Of a stretch of 64,000 nt of DNA, positions 30,596-39,974 are shown piece after piece. The translations under genes were made by a program, and so were the position numbers. How positions within the stretch are numbered: position 1 is the first letter of the stretch; every line of letters starts with the position of its first letter. The DNA is from Rubripirellula sp. (lineage in GTDB: Bacteria; Planctomycetota; Planctomycetia; Pirellulales; Pirellulaceae): assembly GCA_965216875.1 (NCBI GenBank), contig OZ244207.1:928001-992000 (forward strand), written 5' to 3'. The notes below the pieces were generated by a model. The model was given only the letters and a program-made list of their open reading frames with translations, had not been told where the DNA came from and did no database searches.

Positions 30596-32845
30596 ATGAT
30601 GTGTACACGTACCTTGGCGAGAATCGCGGTTGGGTTGACGACATGCCTGCTCTTGGCCGGCAATCTGCTCGCACAGTCGGTTTGCTTGCCTGCACCTCGT
30701 TTGTTGACGACGCTTCCGATGGGCGGGCAAGTTGGAAGTGAGTTCGATGTTACGATCACGGGGCAAGATATCGACGGCACAGAGGCGTTGCTGTTTTCGA
30801 ATCCCAAGATCTCGGCGACCGCAGTTATTGGCGAGGATGGTTTGCCGGTTGCCAACAAATTTCGAATCACCATTGCGTCTGACTGTGACGTTGGCATCTA
30901 TGAAGCACGCGTGATGACGCGTCTGGGACTCTCGTCGGCTCGCGTGTTTAGTGTCGGTGACTTGCCGGAAGTGACTCAGGTCAAGCCGAACACGTCGCTC
31001 GAGAAGGCGATGAAACTTGAGGTGAATTCGATTTGCAACGGCGCTCTGACAACGCAAGCAGTTGATCACTACCAATTCGACGCCAAAGCGGGCCAGCGCA
31101 TTGCCGTCGACTGTTCCGCACGCGGGATCGATTCAAAAACCAACCCGGTTGTGATTGTGGCGGACGCCGACGGTAACGACTTGGTCGTCGAGCGGCGTGG
31201 TGGTGCGATCGATTTCGAAGCACCCAATACGGGGACCTACACGGTCAAGGTGCATGAACTGACCTTCAAAGGTGGAGCCCACTACTTTTACCGCCTTGCG
31301 TTGAGGGAACTTGACGCTGACGCATTGCTCACTCGCATGCCCGGCACGCAATCGGTCAGTTCGTTTTCCTGGCCGCCTGCGGGTTTGGCCAAACAGGCTG
31401 CACTTAGCGAGAACGACGAGGACCAACCGCAACGCGTCGAATTGCCCTGCGACGTTTCAGGACGGTTTTTCCCAGCGGCGGATGTCGACAGCTATGAGTT
31501 CGTCGCCAAGAAGGGTGACGTCTGGTGGGTGGAAGTCGCCTCGGAGCGTCTGGGTTTGCCGACCGATCCTTCTGTCCTGATTCAGCATGTCGTGATGGTC
31601 GATGGCAAAGAGACACTGACTGACGTTGCAGAAATGTCAGACATCGCCAGTCCGGTGAAGGTCTCGAGCAACGGATATTCCTACGACGGCCCGCCCTACA
31701 ATGCCGGCAGCGCCGATGTGCTCGCCAAACTTGAAATCAAACAGGATGGGCTGCACCGACTCAAAATCACCGATTTGTTTGGTGGGACGCGTACCGATCC
31801 TCGCAACAAGTACCGCCTGGTGATTCGAAAGGCCGAACCCGACTTTGCACTCGTTGCTTGGGCTCTGCACATGAACCTACGCAACGGCGATCGCAATGCT
31901 CTTTCCAAACCGATGGCACTGCGACGTGGCGCGACCATGCCGATTGAAGTGGTCGTCGTTCGCCGCGATGGCTTCCAGGGCGAAATTGAACTGTCGATGG
32001 AGAACTTGCCTGACGGAGTTACCGCCGCCGGGATGAAGATCGCGGCCGGCAAGAGTCGCGGCATCATGCTCGTGACCGCAGACGAGGGTGCGCCGCGCGG
32101 AATGTCTCAGGCACGTTTCGTTGGTACGGCAACGATCGGAGACGAAACGGTCTCGCGCCCGGTGCGTTTGGCGTCGATGGCATGGCCCGTGCCGAATGCA
32201 TGGAGCGAGATTCCAGCACCGCGATTGCTGGCCGACCTTCCTGTTTCGGTTGGCGGAAGTGAAGTCGCACCGATCACCATTGCCGCGCGTGACGAAAAAG
32301 TCTTTGAAGTGACGCAGGGTCAAACGCTCAAGTTGCCTTTGATCCATATGCGACGTAGCGAGTTTTCGGGTGCCAACATTTCTCTGAAAACCTTTGGAGA
32401 CGGTTTTGAAAAGAACGGCGCGTTCGATGCGCCGCTGACCGCCGACGCCAGTGAGGCAGTACTTGATTTGGCCAAACTCAAGACACCGCCTGGCGAATAC
32501 TTGATCGCATTTTACGGTTCGGCGGTCGCAAAGCATCGACACAATGTCGACGCGATCGCGCTGGCCGAAGCGAAGCAGAAAGACGCCCAAGCGGAAGTAG
32601 CGCGTTTGTCGGCCGAGGTCGAACAATTGCTCAGCCAATCAAAACAAGCCGAGGGCGACGAAAAAGCGAAGGCCGAAAATGCGCACCGCGACGCGGTTCA
32701 AAAACACAAAGCAGCCGACGCTGCGTTGAAGGCTGTGACGCGTCAAGTTGCAGCGGCGACGGCACGTGCCAAACCGAAAGACATCGTCGACATTATCGTT
32801 TCCAAACCGATTGCCATTCGAGTCAAACCGGCGGAGAAGAAATGA
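30596..32845 (+). CDS. Secreted PPC (pre-peptidase C-terminal)-like repeat protein with C-terminal coiled coil
   Basis: Signal peptide, PMGGQVGS, repeated D.Y.F.AK.G....V beta-sandwich motifs, Ala/Lys/Glu-rich helix near the C-terminus. Usual partner of DUF1549/DUF1501 genes. Confidence 0.8.
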   Translation: MMCTRTLARIAVGLTTCLLLAGNLLAQSVCLPAPRLLTTLPMGGQVGSEFDVTITGQDIDGTEALLFSNPKISATAVIGEDGLPVANKFRITIASDCDVGIYEARVMTRLGLSSARVFSVGDLPEVTQVKPNTSLEKAMKLEVNSICNGALTTQAVDHYQFDAKAGQRIAVDCSARGIDSKTNPVVIVADADGNDLVVERRGGAIDFEAPNTGTYTVKVHELTFKGGAHYFYRLALRELDADALLTRMPGTQSVSSFSWPPAGLAKQAALSENDEDQPQRVELPCDVSGRFFPAADVDSYEFVAKKGDVWWVEVASERLGLPTDPSVLIQHVVMVDGKETLTDVAEMSDIASPVKVSSNGYSYDGPPYNAGSADVLAKLEIKQDGLHRLKITDLFGGTRTDPRNKYRLVIRKAEPDFALVAWALHMNLRNGDRNALSKPMALRRGATMPIEVVVVRRDGFQGEIELSMENLPDGVTAAGMKIAAGKSRGIMLVTADEGAPRGMSQARFVGTATIGDETVSRPVRLASMAWPVPNAWSEIPAPRLLADLPVSVGGSEVAPITIAARDEKVFEVTQGQTLKLPLIHMRRSEFSGANISLKTFGDGFEKNGAFDAPLTADASEAVLDLAKLKTPPGEYLIAFYGSAVAKHRHNVDAIALAEAKQKDAQAEVARLSAEVEQLLSQSKQAEGDEKAKAENAHRDAVQKHKAADAALKAVTRQVAAATARAKPKDIVDIIVSKPIAIRVKPAEKK

Positions 32846-34257
32846 GCGGGACTCAACCACACGCAATTTGCAAAGGTCCCCAGTTGGGGCGACGCAGCTT
32901 CATGCGCTTTGGACTTGCCGGATTCGGGAGCCTCTCGCTGCCCGGTCTGATGCGTTTGCGTGCCGAAAACCCCGGCGCGGTCGCTGACGAAAAAACCGCA
33001 GTGATCTTGGTTTGGAAGCCAGGGGGGTGTTCGCACTTGGATACCTATGACCCCAAGCCCGAGGCTGAAGCGGAATACCGGGGACCTTTTCGCACCATTC
33101 CAACCAGCATTCCGGGGATGCGATTCACGGAGCTGATCCCTCGCCAAGCGAAGATCGCAGACAAGTTCACGATCCTGCGTTCAATGGTCAACGGCGCCGG
33201 AGGTCATCCGGCCGGCTCGATGCAGATGTTCTCGGGTGATTCTGACACGCGTGACAAGCCAAAGCCAAAGTTGCCCGATTGGATGAGCGTCACGAATTAC
33301 CTACGGTCTCAAGAAGGGCCACGCACAAACCCGCTGCCACGCTACGTCGGCGTCAGTTCGCCCTCGACCTACAATGGGCCCGCGTACCTCGGTGATGCTT
33401 ATTCGCCATTCACCGTCACCGGCGATCCCAACGCACCGAACTTTGTGGTCCCCAACATCGGACTGACCGATCAACGCGAAGTCGCACGGCTTGATCGCCG
33501 CATTCAACTTCGGAAGAACCTCGATACACTACAGCGCGCCTTTGATACCTACGGCGAACTCGACGCGTTGGATCAATTCGAAGCGCAAGCGATGACGCTG
33601 TTGACGAATCCGAAAACCAAGGAAGCTTTCGATCTGTCAAAGGAAGACGATGCCACGCGAGATCGATATGGCCGCAATGCCTGGGGACAGCAGCTACTGC
33701 TGGCTCGGCGTCTGATCGAAGCGGGCGTCGAAGTTCTCACGACCAGTTTGCGGGGGCCATTGTGTGGTCGCGTGAACAACTGGGACGATCACGCGGTCAA
33801 TCATCACGTCTTTGATGCGTTGCGTTTTCGCGCGGATGTTTACGACCAAGCCGTTACCGCATTGATCGAGGATGTCCATGAACGAGGGCTCGACAAACGC
33901 GTACTCGTTGTCGTGACGGGCGAGTTTGGTCGGACACCAAAGATCAATTACCAACCCTCCACAGGTGCTGGCAACGCGAGTGCGGCTGCTGGTACCAAGC
34001 AACCAGGTCGTGATCACTGGCCGCGAGCCTTTTCGAATCTTTGGGCGGGCGGCGGCATCAATACCGGAGGTTTCATTGGTGCCACCGATCCTCGCGGCGA
34101 AGACGTGATCGAAAGACATCAGCGGCCAGGTGATTTCCTGGCGACGATCTATCACCACTTGGGAATCGATTCGTCCCAGGTCTTCATCGAAGACTTCAAT
34201 GGTCGACCAACCCCGATCGTCAATCACGGAAAGCCCATTCCCGAGTTGATGGGCTAA
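32842..34257 (+). CDS. DUF1501 domain protein with Tat-like signal
   Basis: LGRRSFMRFG, GGCSHLDTYDPKP, LLARRLIEAGV, WDDH, VTGEFGRTPKIN, GRDHWP. ATGA overlap with the upstream gene. Confidence 0.92.
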   Translation: MSGTQPHAICKGPQLGRRSFMRFGLAGFGSLSLPGLMRLRAENPGAVADEKTAVILVWKPGGCSHLDTYDPKPEAEAEYRGPFRTIPTSIPGMRFTELIPRQAKIADKFTILRSMVNGAGGHPAGSMQMFSGDSDTRDKPKPKLPDWMSVTNYLRSQEGPRTNPLPRYVGVSSPSTYNGPAYLGDAYSPFTVTGDPNAPNFVVPNIGLTDQREVARLDRRIQLRKNLDTLQRAFDTYGELDALDQFEAQAMTLLTNPKTKEAFDLSKEDDATRDRYGRNAWGQQLLLARRLIEAGVEVLTTSLRGPLCGRVNNWDDHAVNHHVFDALRFRADVYDQAVTALIEDVHERGLDKRVLVVVTGEFGRTPKINYQPSTGAGNASAAAGTKQPGRDHWPRAFSNLWAGGGINTGGFIGATDPRGEDVIERHQRPGDFLATIYHHLGIDSSQVFIEDFNGRPTPIVNHGKPIPELMG

Positions 34258-34288
34258 CGCAACACCTCAACATCGTCCTGCGAAATAC

Positions 34289-35410
34289 GTAGTGGACGAG
34301 GCCACGAGTCCCTCCCACTCATGCTCTTTGATCGAATGTTTGATGAGCTGTCTCGGGTGGATGATTTAGCCACAAAAAACACGAGAAGGCACAAAAAGAA
34401 GAAAAGTGGCGAAGGGCGAGTGCTTGAAGTGGCTCGGGTGATGAATTCATTTCTCAGTAACGAATTCTCGTACGTGCTTTTTTGTGGCTTTTCGTGTTTT
34501 TCGTGGCCAGTCTCTTTGCGCAGCGGTAGCCAGGAGTTTGGCGCGTGGCGGGACTCGTTGCCTCGTCCACTACGGGGGCGCTTCATGATTTAGCCACAAA
34601 AAACACGAGAAGGCACAAAAAGAAGAAAAGTGGCGAAGGGCGAGTGCTCGAAGTGGCTCGCGCGATGAATTCATTTCTCAGTAACGAATTCTCGTACGTG
34701 CTTTTTTGTGGCTTTTCGTGTTTTTCGTGGCCAGTCTCTTTGCGCAGCGGTAGCCAGGAGTTTGGCGCGTGGCGGGACTCGTTGCCTCGTCCACTACGGG
34801 TGCGCTTGATGGGATAGCCACAAAAAACACGAGAAGGCACAAAAGAAGAAAAGTGGCGAAGGTGGCGAGTGCTCGAAGTTGCTCGCGTGATGAGTTTCAT
34901 CTTTCAGTAACGAACTCTCGCACGTGTCTTTTTGTGGCCTTTTGTGTTTTTCGTGGCCAGTCTCTTGGCGCAATGGTGGCCAGGAGGTTGGCGCGTGGAG
35001 GGACTCGTTGCCTCGTCCACTCCGGTTGCGCTTGATGGGATAGCCACAAAAAACACGAGAAGGCACAAAAGAAGAAAAGTGGCGAAGGTGGCGAGTGCTC
35101 GAAGTTGCTCGCGTGATGAGTTTCATCTTTCAGTAACGAACTCTCGCACGTGTCTTTTTGTGGTCTTTTGTGTTTTTCGTGGCCAGTCTCTTTGGGCAAC
35201 GGTGGTCAGGAGTTTGGCGCGTGGAGGGACTCGTTGCCTCGTCCACTACGGGGGCGCTTGTTGGACGGTCGAAATGGCTCGCGTGATGATTCTCATCTTT
35301 CAGTGCCGAATTCTCACACGCATCCTTTTGTGTTTTTTGTGGCCAGTCTCTTTGCGCAGCGGTAGCGAGGAGGCTGGCGTGTGGAGGGACTCGTGGCCTC
35401 GTCCACTACT
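34289..35410. repeat. Tandem array of ~4.6 composite palindromic units (224-226 bp)
   Basis: Units start TAGCCACAAAAAACACGAGAAGGCACAAAA at 34367, 34591, 34815 and 35041, with a partial fifth unit to ~35409. Each ends with GGGACTCGT(T/G)GCCTCGTCCACT. An opposite-orientation GTAGTGGACGAGGCCACGAGTCCC lies at 34289. Confidence 0.95.
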
Positions 35411-35419
35411 TGACTTGCG

Positions 35420-36685
35420 CTACTCGGGGATCGTTTCGAGTCGAACGAGGTCGTCGAAGGTTTCGCGGCGGCGGATGAGTTTGGCTTCGCCGTTTTCGAT
35501 CAGCACTTCGGCGGCGCGTAGCTTGCTGTTGTAGTTGCTGGCCATCACGAAACCGTAGGCGCCAGCATTTTCAAGCACGACGAAGTCGCCTACCTTGGCG
35601 ATTGGTAGTTTGCGGCTGTCAACGTAGCCGCCTTCGCGTTGAGTGAAGATGTCGCCCGATTCGCATAGCGGACCGCCGATGATGCAATCGACTTCTTCGC
35701 GTGCCGACGCATCGCCGTCTTTGCCGCAAACGGAAATGGGGTGGTGAGCCCCGTACATGACTGGCCGGGCCAAGTCGTTGAAACCGGCATCAAGCAGAAC
35801 GAATAAGTTCTCGCCCATCTTCTTGACGCTTCGAACTTCAGCGACGAGGAATCCGCTCTCGGCAGTCAGGAAGCGACCAGGTTCAATCTCGAGTGACACG
35901 CGATGACCAAACGAATCGCTCAGTCGGTTGCGCGTTGCATCCCAAAGTTCAAAGTAACGATCGAGGTCCACGTAGGACTCACTGGACTGGTAAGGGACAG
36001 GCAGTCCACCACCGGCGCTGATCGTCTTGACGGTGCGGCCGACGGCGAGTGCCGCTTTTTCCATGGCTTCACAGACACCACTTAGGTGTTCAAGGTCGGT
36101 GCCCGAACCGATATGCATGTGCAATCCAGTGATCGTCACTCCCGTCTGATCGGCGCGGCGCAAACACTCATCGATCTGTTCATGCCAGATCCCGTGCTTG
36201 CTTTGAGCACCCCCGGTGTTCGTTTTCTGGCTATGGCCATGCCCAAAGCCAGGGTTGATTCGCAGCGTCACGTCGGCACCTGGCCGCCGCTCGCCGAGCT
36301 GGCTGATCATATCGGGCGAACCGCAGTTGACGTGCAGCGAATGCTCTGTGACCAAGTCGAGTGCTTCGTGGTCAAAAATGTCGGCGGTGTAAACAATCTC
36401 ATGCCCCTGCGCGGAATAGCCTGCTGCGAGGGCACGACGGATCTCTCCCGCGCTGACCGCATCAACCGCGACACCGGCCTTTCGAACCCGATCGAGAATC
36501 GCGAGGTTGCTCGACGCCTTTTGGGCGTAGCGGATCACGTCAAAGGCTTTCAGGTCTTCAATTCGCTTCTCGATGGTCTGTAGGTCGTAGACGTACAGAG
36601 GAGTTCCAAATTGAGTTGCCAGATCAAGGATCGATAGGCCAGCAATTTCGTTGCGTGCGGTGGAGAAGGAAGGGATGGTAAGCAT
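35420..36685 (-). CDS. lysA: Diaminopimelate decarboxylase
   Basis: GTPLYVYD, RYAQKASSN (PLP Lys), DAVSAGE, HMHIGSG, IEPGRFL, GPLCESGD, GAYGFVMASNYN. Confidence 0.96.
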   Translation of the reverse strand: MLTIPSFSTARNEIAGLSILDLATQFGTPLYVYDLQTIEKRIEDLKAFDVIRYAQKASSNLAILDRVRKAGVAVDAVSAGEIRRALAAGYSAQGHEIVYTADIFDHEALDLVTEHSLHVNCGSPDMISQLGERRPGADVTLRINPGFGHGHSQKTNTGGAQSKHGIWHEQIDECLRRADQTGVTITGLHMHIGSGTDLEHLSGVCEAMEKAALAVGRTVKTISAGGGLPVPYQSSESYVDLDRYFELWDATRNRLSDSFGHRVSLEIEPGRFLTAESGFLVAEVRSVKKMGENLFVLLDAGFNDLARPVMYGAHHPISVCGKDGDASAREEVDCIIGGPLCESGDIFTQREGGYVDSRKLPIAKVGDFVVLENAGAYGFVMASNYNSKLRAAEVLIENGEAKLIRRRETFDDLVRLETIPE

Positions 36686-36846
36686 GAAAACCTGAGCCGG
36701 GCCGAGAGAGGGTAATGCGAGCCTTCCATTGTCGCTGCGAGAGCGAGTTGCTCAAGGCGTCCACCTGGACGCGGACGTTTTGGATGTGAGGCTGACGACG
36801 CAGGGGGCGACACGGTGCCCAAGAACAAGGTTCGGGCTGATTGTTC

Positions 36847-36979
36847 GTAGTACCGAGCTTTCGCCGGAGCCTTCAACCATTCCGCCTAAAGGCGGGACTA
36901 CAAACGGTGCAGATGGTCGCCCTCTTGGTCCGCAAAAGGGATGTTTGGCGGACGCTACTTTCGCGGAGCGAAAGGCGAC
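36847..36979. repeat. GTAG-type REP doublet plus a second palindrome family
   Basis: GTAGTACCGAGCTTTCGCCGGA...TTCCGCCTAAAGGCGGGACTAC (also at 53913 and inverted at 63856); CGCTACTTTCGCGGAGCGAAAGGCGAC at 36953. Confidence 0.8.
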
Positions 36980-37200
36980 AATTAAGATCCCCCCGAATGG
37001 AAAGGTTCCGACAACAGCGCGGCGCTTTTTCGAATGCGCTTGGCTTCGAATTAGCGCCGCGCCGGTGCGGACAGTGCGGGTGCTCGGGCACGTCCCGAGG
37101 CGCTTCGCGAGCGCCTTGGCTTGAGCCGAGTGGAGGGCATCCGACGGCGGGCGATAGGCCCTTCGTCCGACGGTGATTTTGCTTGATCGCTAAGGGAAGA

Positions 37201-37782
37201 TTAAACGGTCTTATGGGTAATGACCGTCATCGTTGCTTCGACCTTCTTTCTGGGGCCTTGAGGACCTGGTCGGCGGCCGCGACGGCGACCCTGTTGGATC
37301 GGAATGAAACGGCTTTCGATGCGCTGGAGCAGCTTGCTGATGCAGAGCTTGTTGATGCTCAGGTTCAGCTCGTCGGCTTCTTCGCGCAGGGAGTCGTGTA
37401 GGCTCTTGGGAAGCCGGATCGTGATCATTCGCTCGGGCTCGGCCGAGTCACCTTTGGAGCTGTCTTGGCTGCGCATCGCGGCAACCATTTCTTGCAGTTC
37501 AGCGAACTCAGCCGATCCCTCAAACGCTCGCATCTCGTCAGCGGTCGTGAAGAGTTTTCGGACGACTCCGTCGACGCCCAGAATCTCTCGGTAGAAAATG
37601 ACCCAGCTGCCAGTTCTCGCAAATGCTTCCTGAGCAATGCGGAGTGCCTCGGCTCCTCGCTGTTCGAATGGCAGTTCGGCATTCGGGTGGGGCAGCTTCA
37701 GGCCGGGAGTCGCGTTCTCGGCTTGTTCAGGAGCTGGGTCGCTGGCGTAACGAAGGGTGGTTGTGGGGTTGGATTGATCCAT
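37201..37782 (-). CDS. Protein with C-terminal ribbon-helix-helix (HicB-like) DNA-binding domain
   Basis: ERMITIRLPKSLHDSLREEADELNLSINKLCISKL fits an RHH pattern; Arg-rich tail. Likely start ATG 37782 (MDQSNP). Confidence 0.75.
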   Translation of the reverse strand: MDQSNPTTTLRYASDPAPEQAENATPGLKLPHPNAELPFEQRGAEALRIAQEAFARTGSWVIFYREILGVDGVVRKLFTTADEMRAFEGSAEFAELQEMVAAMRSQDSSKGDSAEPERMITIRLPKSLHDSLREEADELNLSINKLCISKLLQRIESRFIPIQQGRRRGRRPGPQGPRKKVEATMTVITHKTV

Positions 37783-38248
37783 CGCGAGACTGTCCTTCCT
37801 TTGTTTGGAACACGCGTGGTTGGTTGACGCCGCCATCCTCTAACCCCGTCAAACCATTCGTCGTAAGCATTGCTTTCAAAGGGACTTAGGTGTATCTGCC
37901 TGGTTGCTGGGCAGGTGTGCATTCGCCGCGGGCATCGGCTCTGTGCCCAAAAAGCAGGCAGTGGCCTGGAGTGCAAGAACTAGGTGTCCAGTTGCTGGCA
38001 AGTTGCAAAAATGCTAGCTCTTCGATTCGGAAACCGCGTGTTTTGCCGCCTCAATCGCCGTCCGATTTGTTTTTGCCTCGATTTTTTTGAAAGCAAGAGG
38101 GCGATTTGGCTTCGTTCGGCAAATCGGGCGAGCGGTCTCGCGCGGGCCTGGCGATCGGATTGGGGGAGAAAACACCACTGGAGGGGTGTCGTTTGGGCTG
38201 CCCTTGGTGAGAGTGATTTGGGCGGCCGGTCAAGGGTTTGCGCGTTAG

Positions 38249-38354
38249 CACTCTCCCTTGGGAGAGTCGGGCTCTAAGGCCCGGAGAGGGTTTTTTGCAA
38301 CGGTTCATTCCCTCCCCGGACTTTGCGTCCGACCCTCCCGCAAGCGGGAGGGTG
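38249..38354. repeat. ~105-bp composite palindromic element
   Basis: CACTCTCCCTTGGGAGAGTCGGGCTCTAAGGCCCGGAGAGGG-variable spacer-TTCCCTCCCCGGACTTTGCGTCCGACCCTCCCGCAAGCGGGAGGGTG. A GTGAG-family half element follows at 38417-38446. Confidence 0.9.
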
Positions 38355-38454
38355 ATTGCTGGAACACGCGTTAGCCTGGGCAATCACCAATCCGCGGCAA
38401 TAGCGCACTGTGTTTTGGCCCCGGCCGCTTACGCGATCGCGGCTCAAGTGCGGC

Positions 38455-39579
38455 TTACGAGGAGCAGAGTTCGCAGGCTTCAACAAGTAGGTCGGAAGCC
38501 CGGTCGACCTGCTCTTGGCTGGTTGTCCAACCGAGGCTGATGCGGACCGTTTTTTGGATCTGGCTGTCACTGCGGCCGACCGCGCGAAGGGCCCGTGTGA
38601 ACTCATCGGCTGGTGACTCGCTTTGCGCGGTCGCCATCACCAAGGACCGTGCAGTTCTTTGGATCCGCTTGGCATCCAGGGGCAGTTCGATTGCGGTTGT
38701 GTTGGGGAGTCGATCGCGATCGCTGCAGAGGTCGATTGCCGACCCTGGCAGGGCGTCCATGACCCTTTCGACGAACCGGTTTCGGAGGGCGGCGAGGCTG
38801 TCGCCAGCGTCCTCGCAGCAGCGTCCGGCGAGCGACGCGGCGGCCCCGATCCCGACGCAATAAGGGATGTTTTCCGGCCCTGGGCGAAGCCCCATTTCGC
38901 GCGGTTCGCCATAGCTGATCGGGGCGATCGACAGTCCCCGTCTGACGTAGATCGCACCACTCCCCTTGGGGGCGTAGAACTTGTGGCCCGAGATCGAAAT
39001 CGTGTCGGCTCGCAGGGCCATCGCGGACACCGGGATCTTGCCGAATGCTTGGGTTGCATCGCAGTGTAAATGCACCCCCCGGTTGTGGCACGAGTCGGCG
39101 ACTTCGCGGACCGGTTGGATCGTTCCGAGGACCGGGTTGGCGAGTTGCAGGCAGGCCAACCTCGTGTCGTCTCGCAGCCGCTGGTTGAACGAGTCTGGGT
39201 CGACCAGTCCGCTTGAGTCGCAGGGGACCTGCTCGACCTCCCAGCGGTTGGAGTCGAGGCTTGCGAGGGCCGCAAGGACCGAGTCGTGCTCAAGAACACT
39301 CGTCAAAACGTGACCACCCTCGTGCTTTCTCAGCGATCCGAGGACGGCCAAGTTGTTCGCCTCTGTCCCGCCTCCGGTGAAGACAATCTCGAAGGGGTCG
39401 CAGCCGGCAAGCAGCGCGAGACCCTCACGCGCGTGCTCGAGTGCTTCATTGATCGCCTTGGCGTGCGGATGCTCCTGGCCGGGCAGCATGAAGTGGGTTG
39501 CCCAGTACGGTTGCATCGCCTCGAGAACCGAGGGGGCAACAGGTGTCGTCCGATTGAAGTCAAGGTAGATGGGCTGCAA
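38455..39579 (-). CDS. Cysteine desulfurase (IscS/NifS)-like class V PLP enzyme, apparently lacking the catalytic Cys
   Basis: IYLDFNRTTP, FTGGGTEANN, HCDATQ, SGHKFYAPKGSG, VRISLG. The S(S/T)GSAC position reads MATAQSESP. TTG start. Confidence 0.88.
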   Translation of the reverse strand: MQPIYLDFNRTTPVAPSVLEAMQPYWATHFMLPGQEHPHAKAINEALEHAREGLALLAGCDPFEIVFTGGGTEANNLAVLGSLRKHEGGHVLTSVLEHDSVLAALASLDSNRWEVEQVPCDSSGLVDPDSFNQRLRDDTRLACLQLANPVLGTIQPVREVADSCHNRGVHLHCDATQAFGKIPVSAMALRADTISISGHKFYAPKGSGAIYVRRGLSIAPISYGEPREMGLRPGPENIPYCVGIGAAASLAGRCCEDAGDSLAALRNRFVERVMDALPGSAIDLCSDRDRLPNTTAIELPLDAKRIQRTARSLVMATAQSESPADEFTRALRAVGRSDSQIQKTVRISLGWTTSQEQVDRASDLLVEACELCSS

Positions 39580-39857
39580 GGGTCGATGTGGGCTCGGATG
39601 GGCGGTTTGTGAGGATCATTGCGCCAGATCAGACGCCCTTGTTGGAGGGTCGAATGGCTGGCAAGACTGGGTGACCGAACGCTGATCCTCACGTTGGATC
39701 GAGGAAAGTTCGATTTTGGGGTTCGGCTGAATTCTCCGTAAAAACCCGAGTGAAACCCAACCTAGTTGGTCGCTCGGGAAAAAATAACCGGGAAAATCCA
39801 TTTCGTCGATGCGGGGATCGCGGCGGGTCTACGCGTGGCGGGGAGAAGGGAACGCAT

Positions 39858-39886
39858 TTGCACATTTGCTATTACTTGGTGATACT
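39858..39886 (+). promoter_or_regulatory. Possible sigma70-type promoter of the DUF1559 gene
   Basis: TTGCAC-N17-GATACT about 90 nt upstream of ATG 39975; imperfect consensus. Confidence 0.3.
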
Positions 39887-39974
39887 GTGCCAAAATGCAA
39901 TTCTCACCGGCGACGAGCGCCGCCGCATCTCACCTGCGCTCATCAACCACTTTTCTTGTTGCCGGAGCGCGAAA

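Noticed and set aside
34254..35534. Repeated 88-200 aa ORFs and a possible CRISPR array
   Set aside because: The ORFs are translations of the tandem DNA repeat. Units are 224-226 bp with no unique spacers, and there are no cas genes.
36686..37200. Lysine riboswitch upstream of lysA
   Set aside because: No L-box consensus was recognisable, and part of the gap is explained by REP-like repeats. An Rfam scan would settle it.
37201..38240. HicAB toxin-antitoxin pair
   Set aside because: No HicA-like ORF lies next to the RHH gene.
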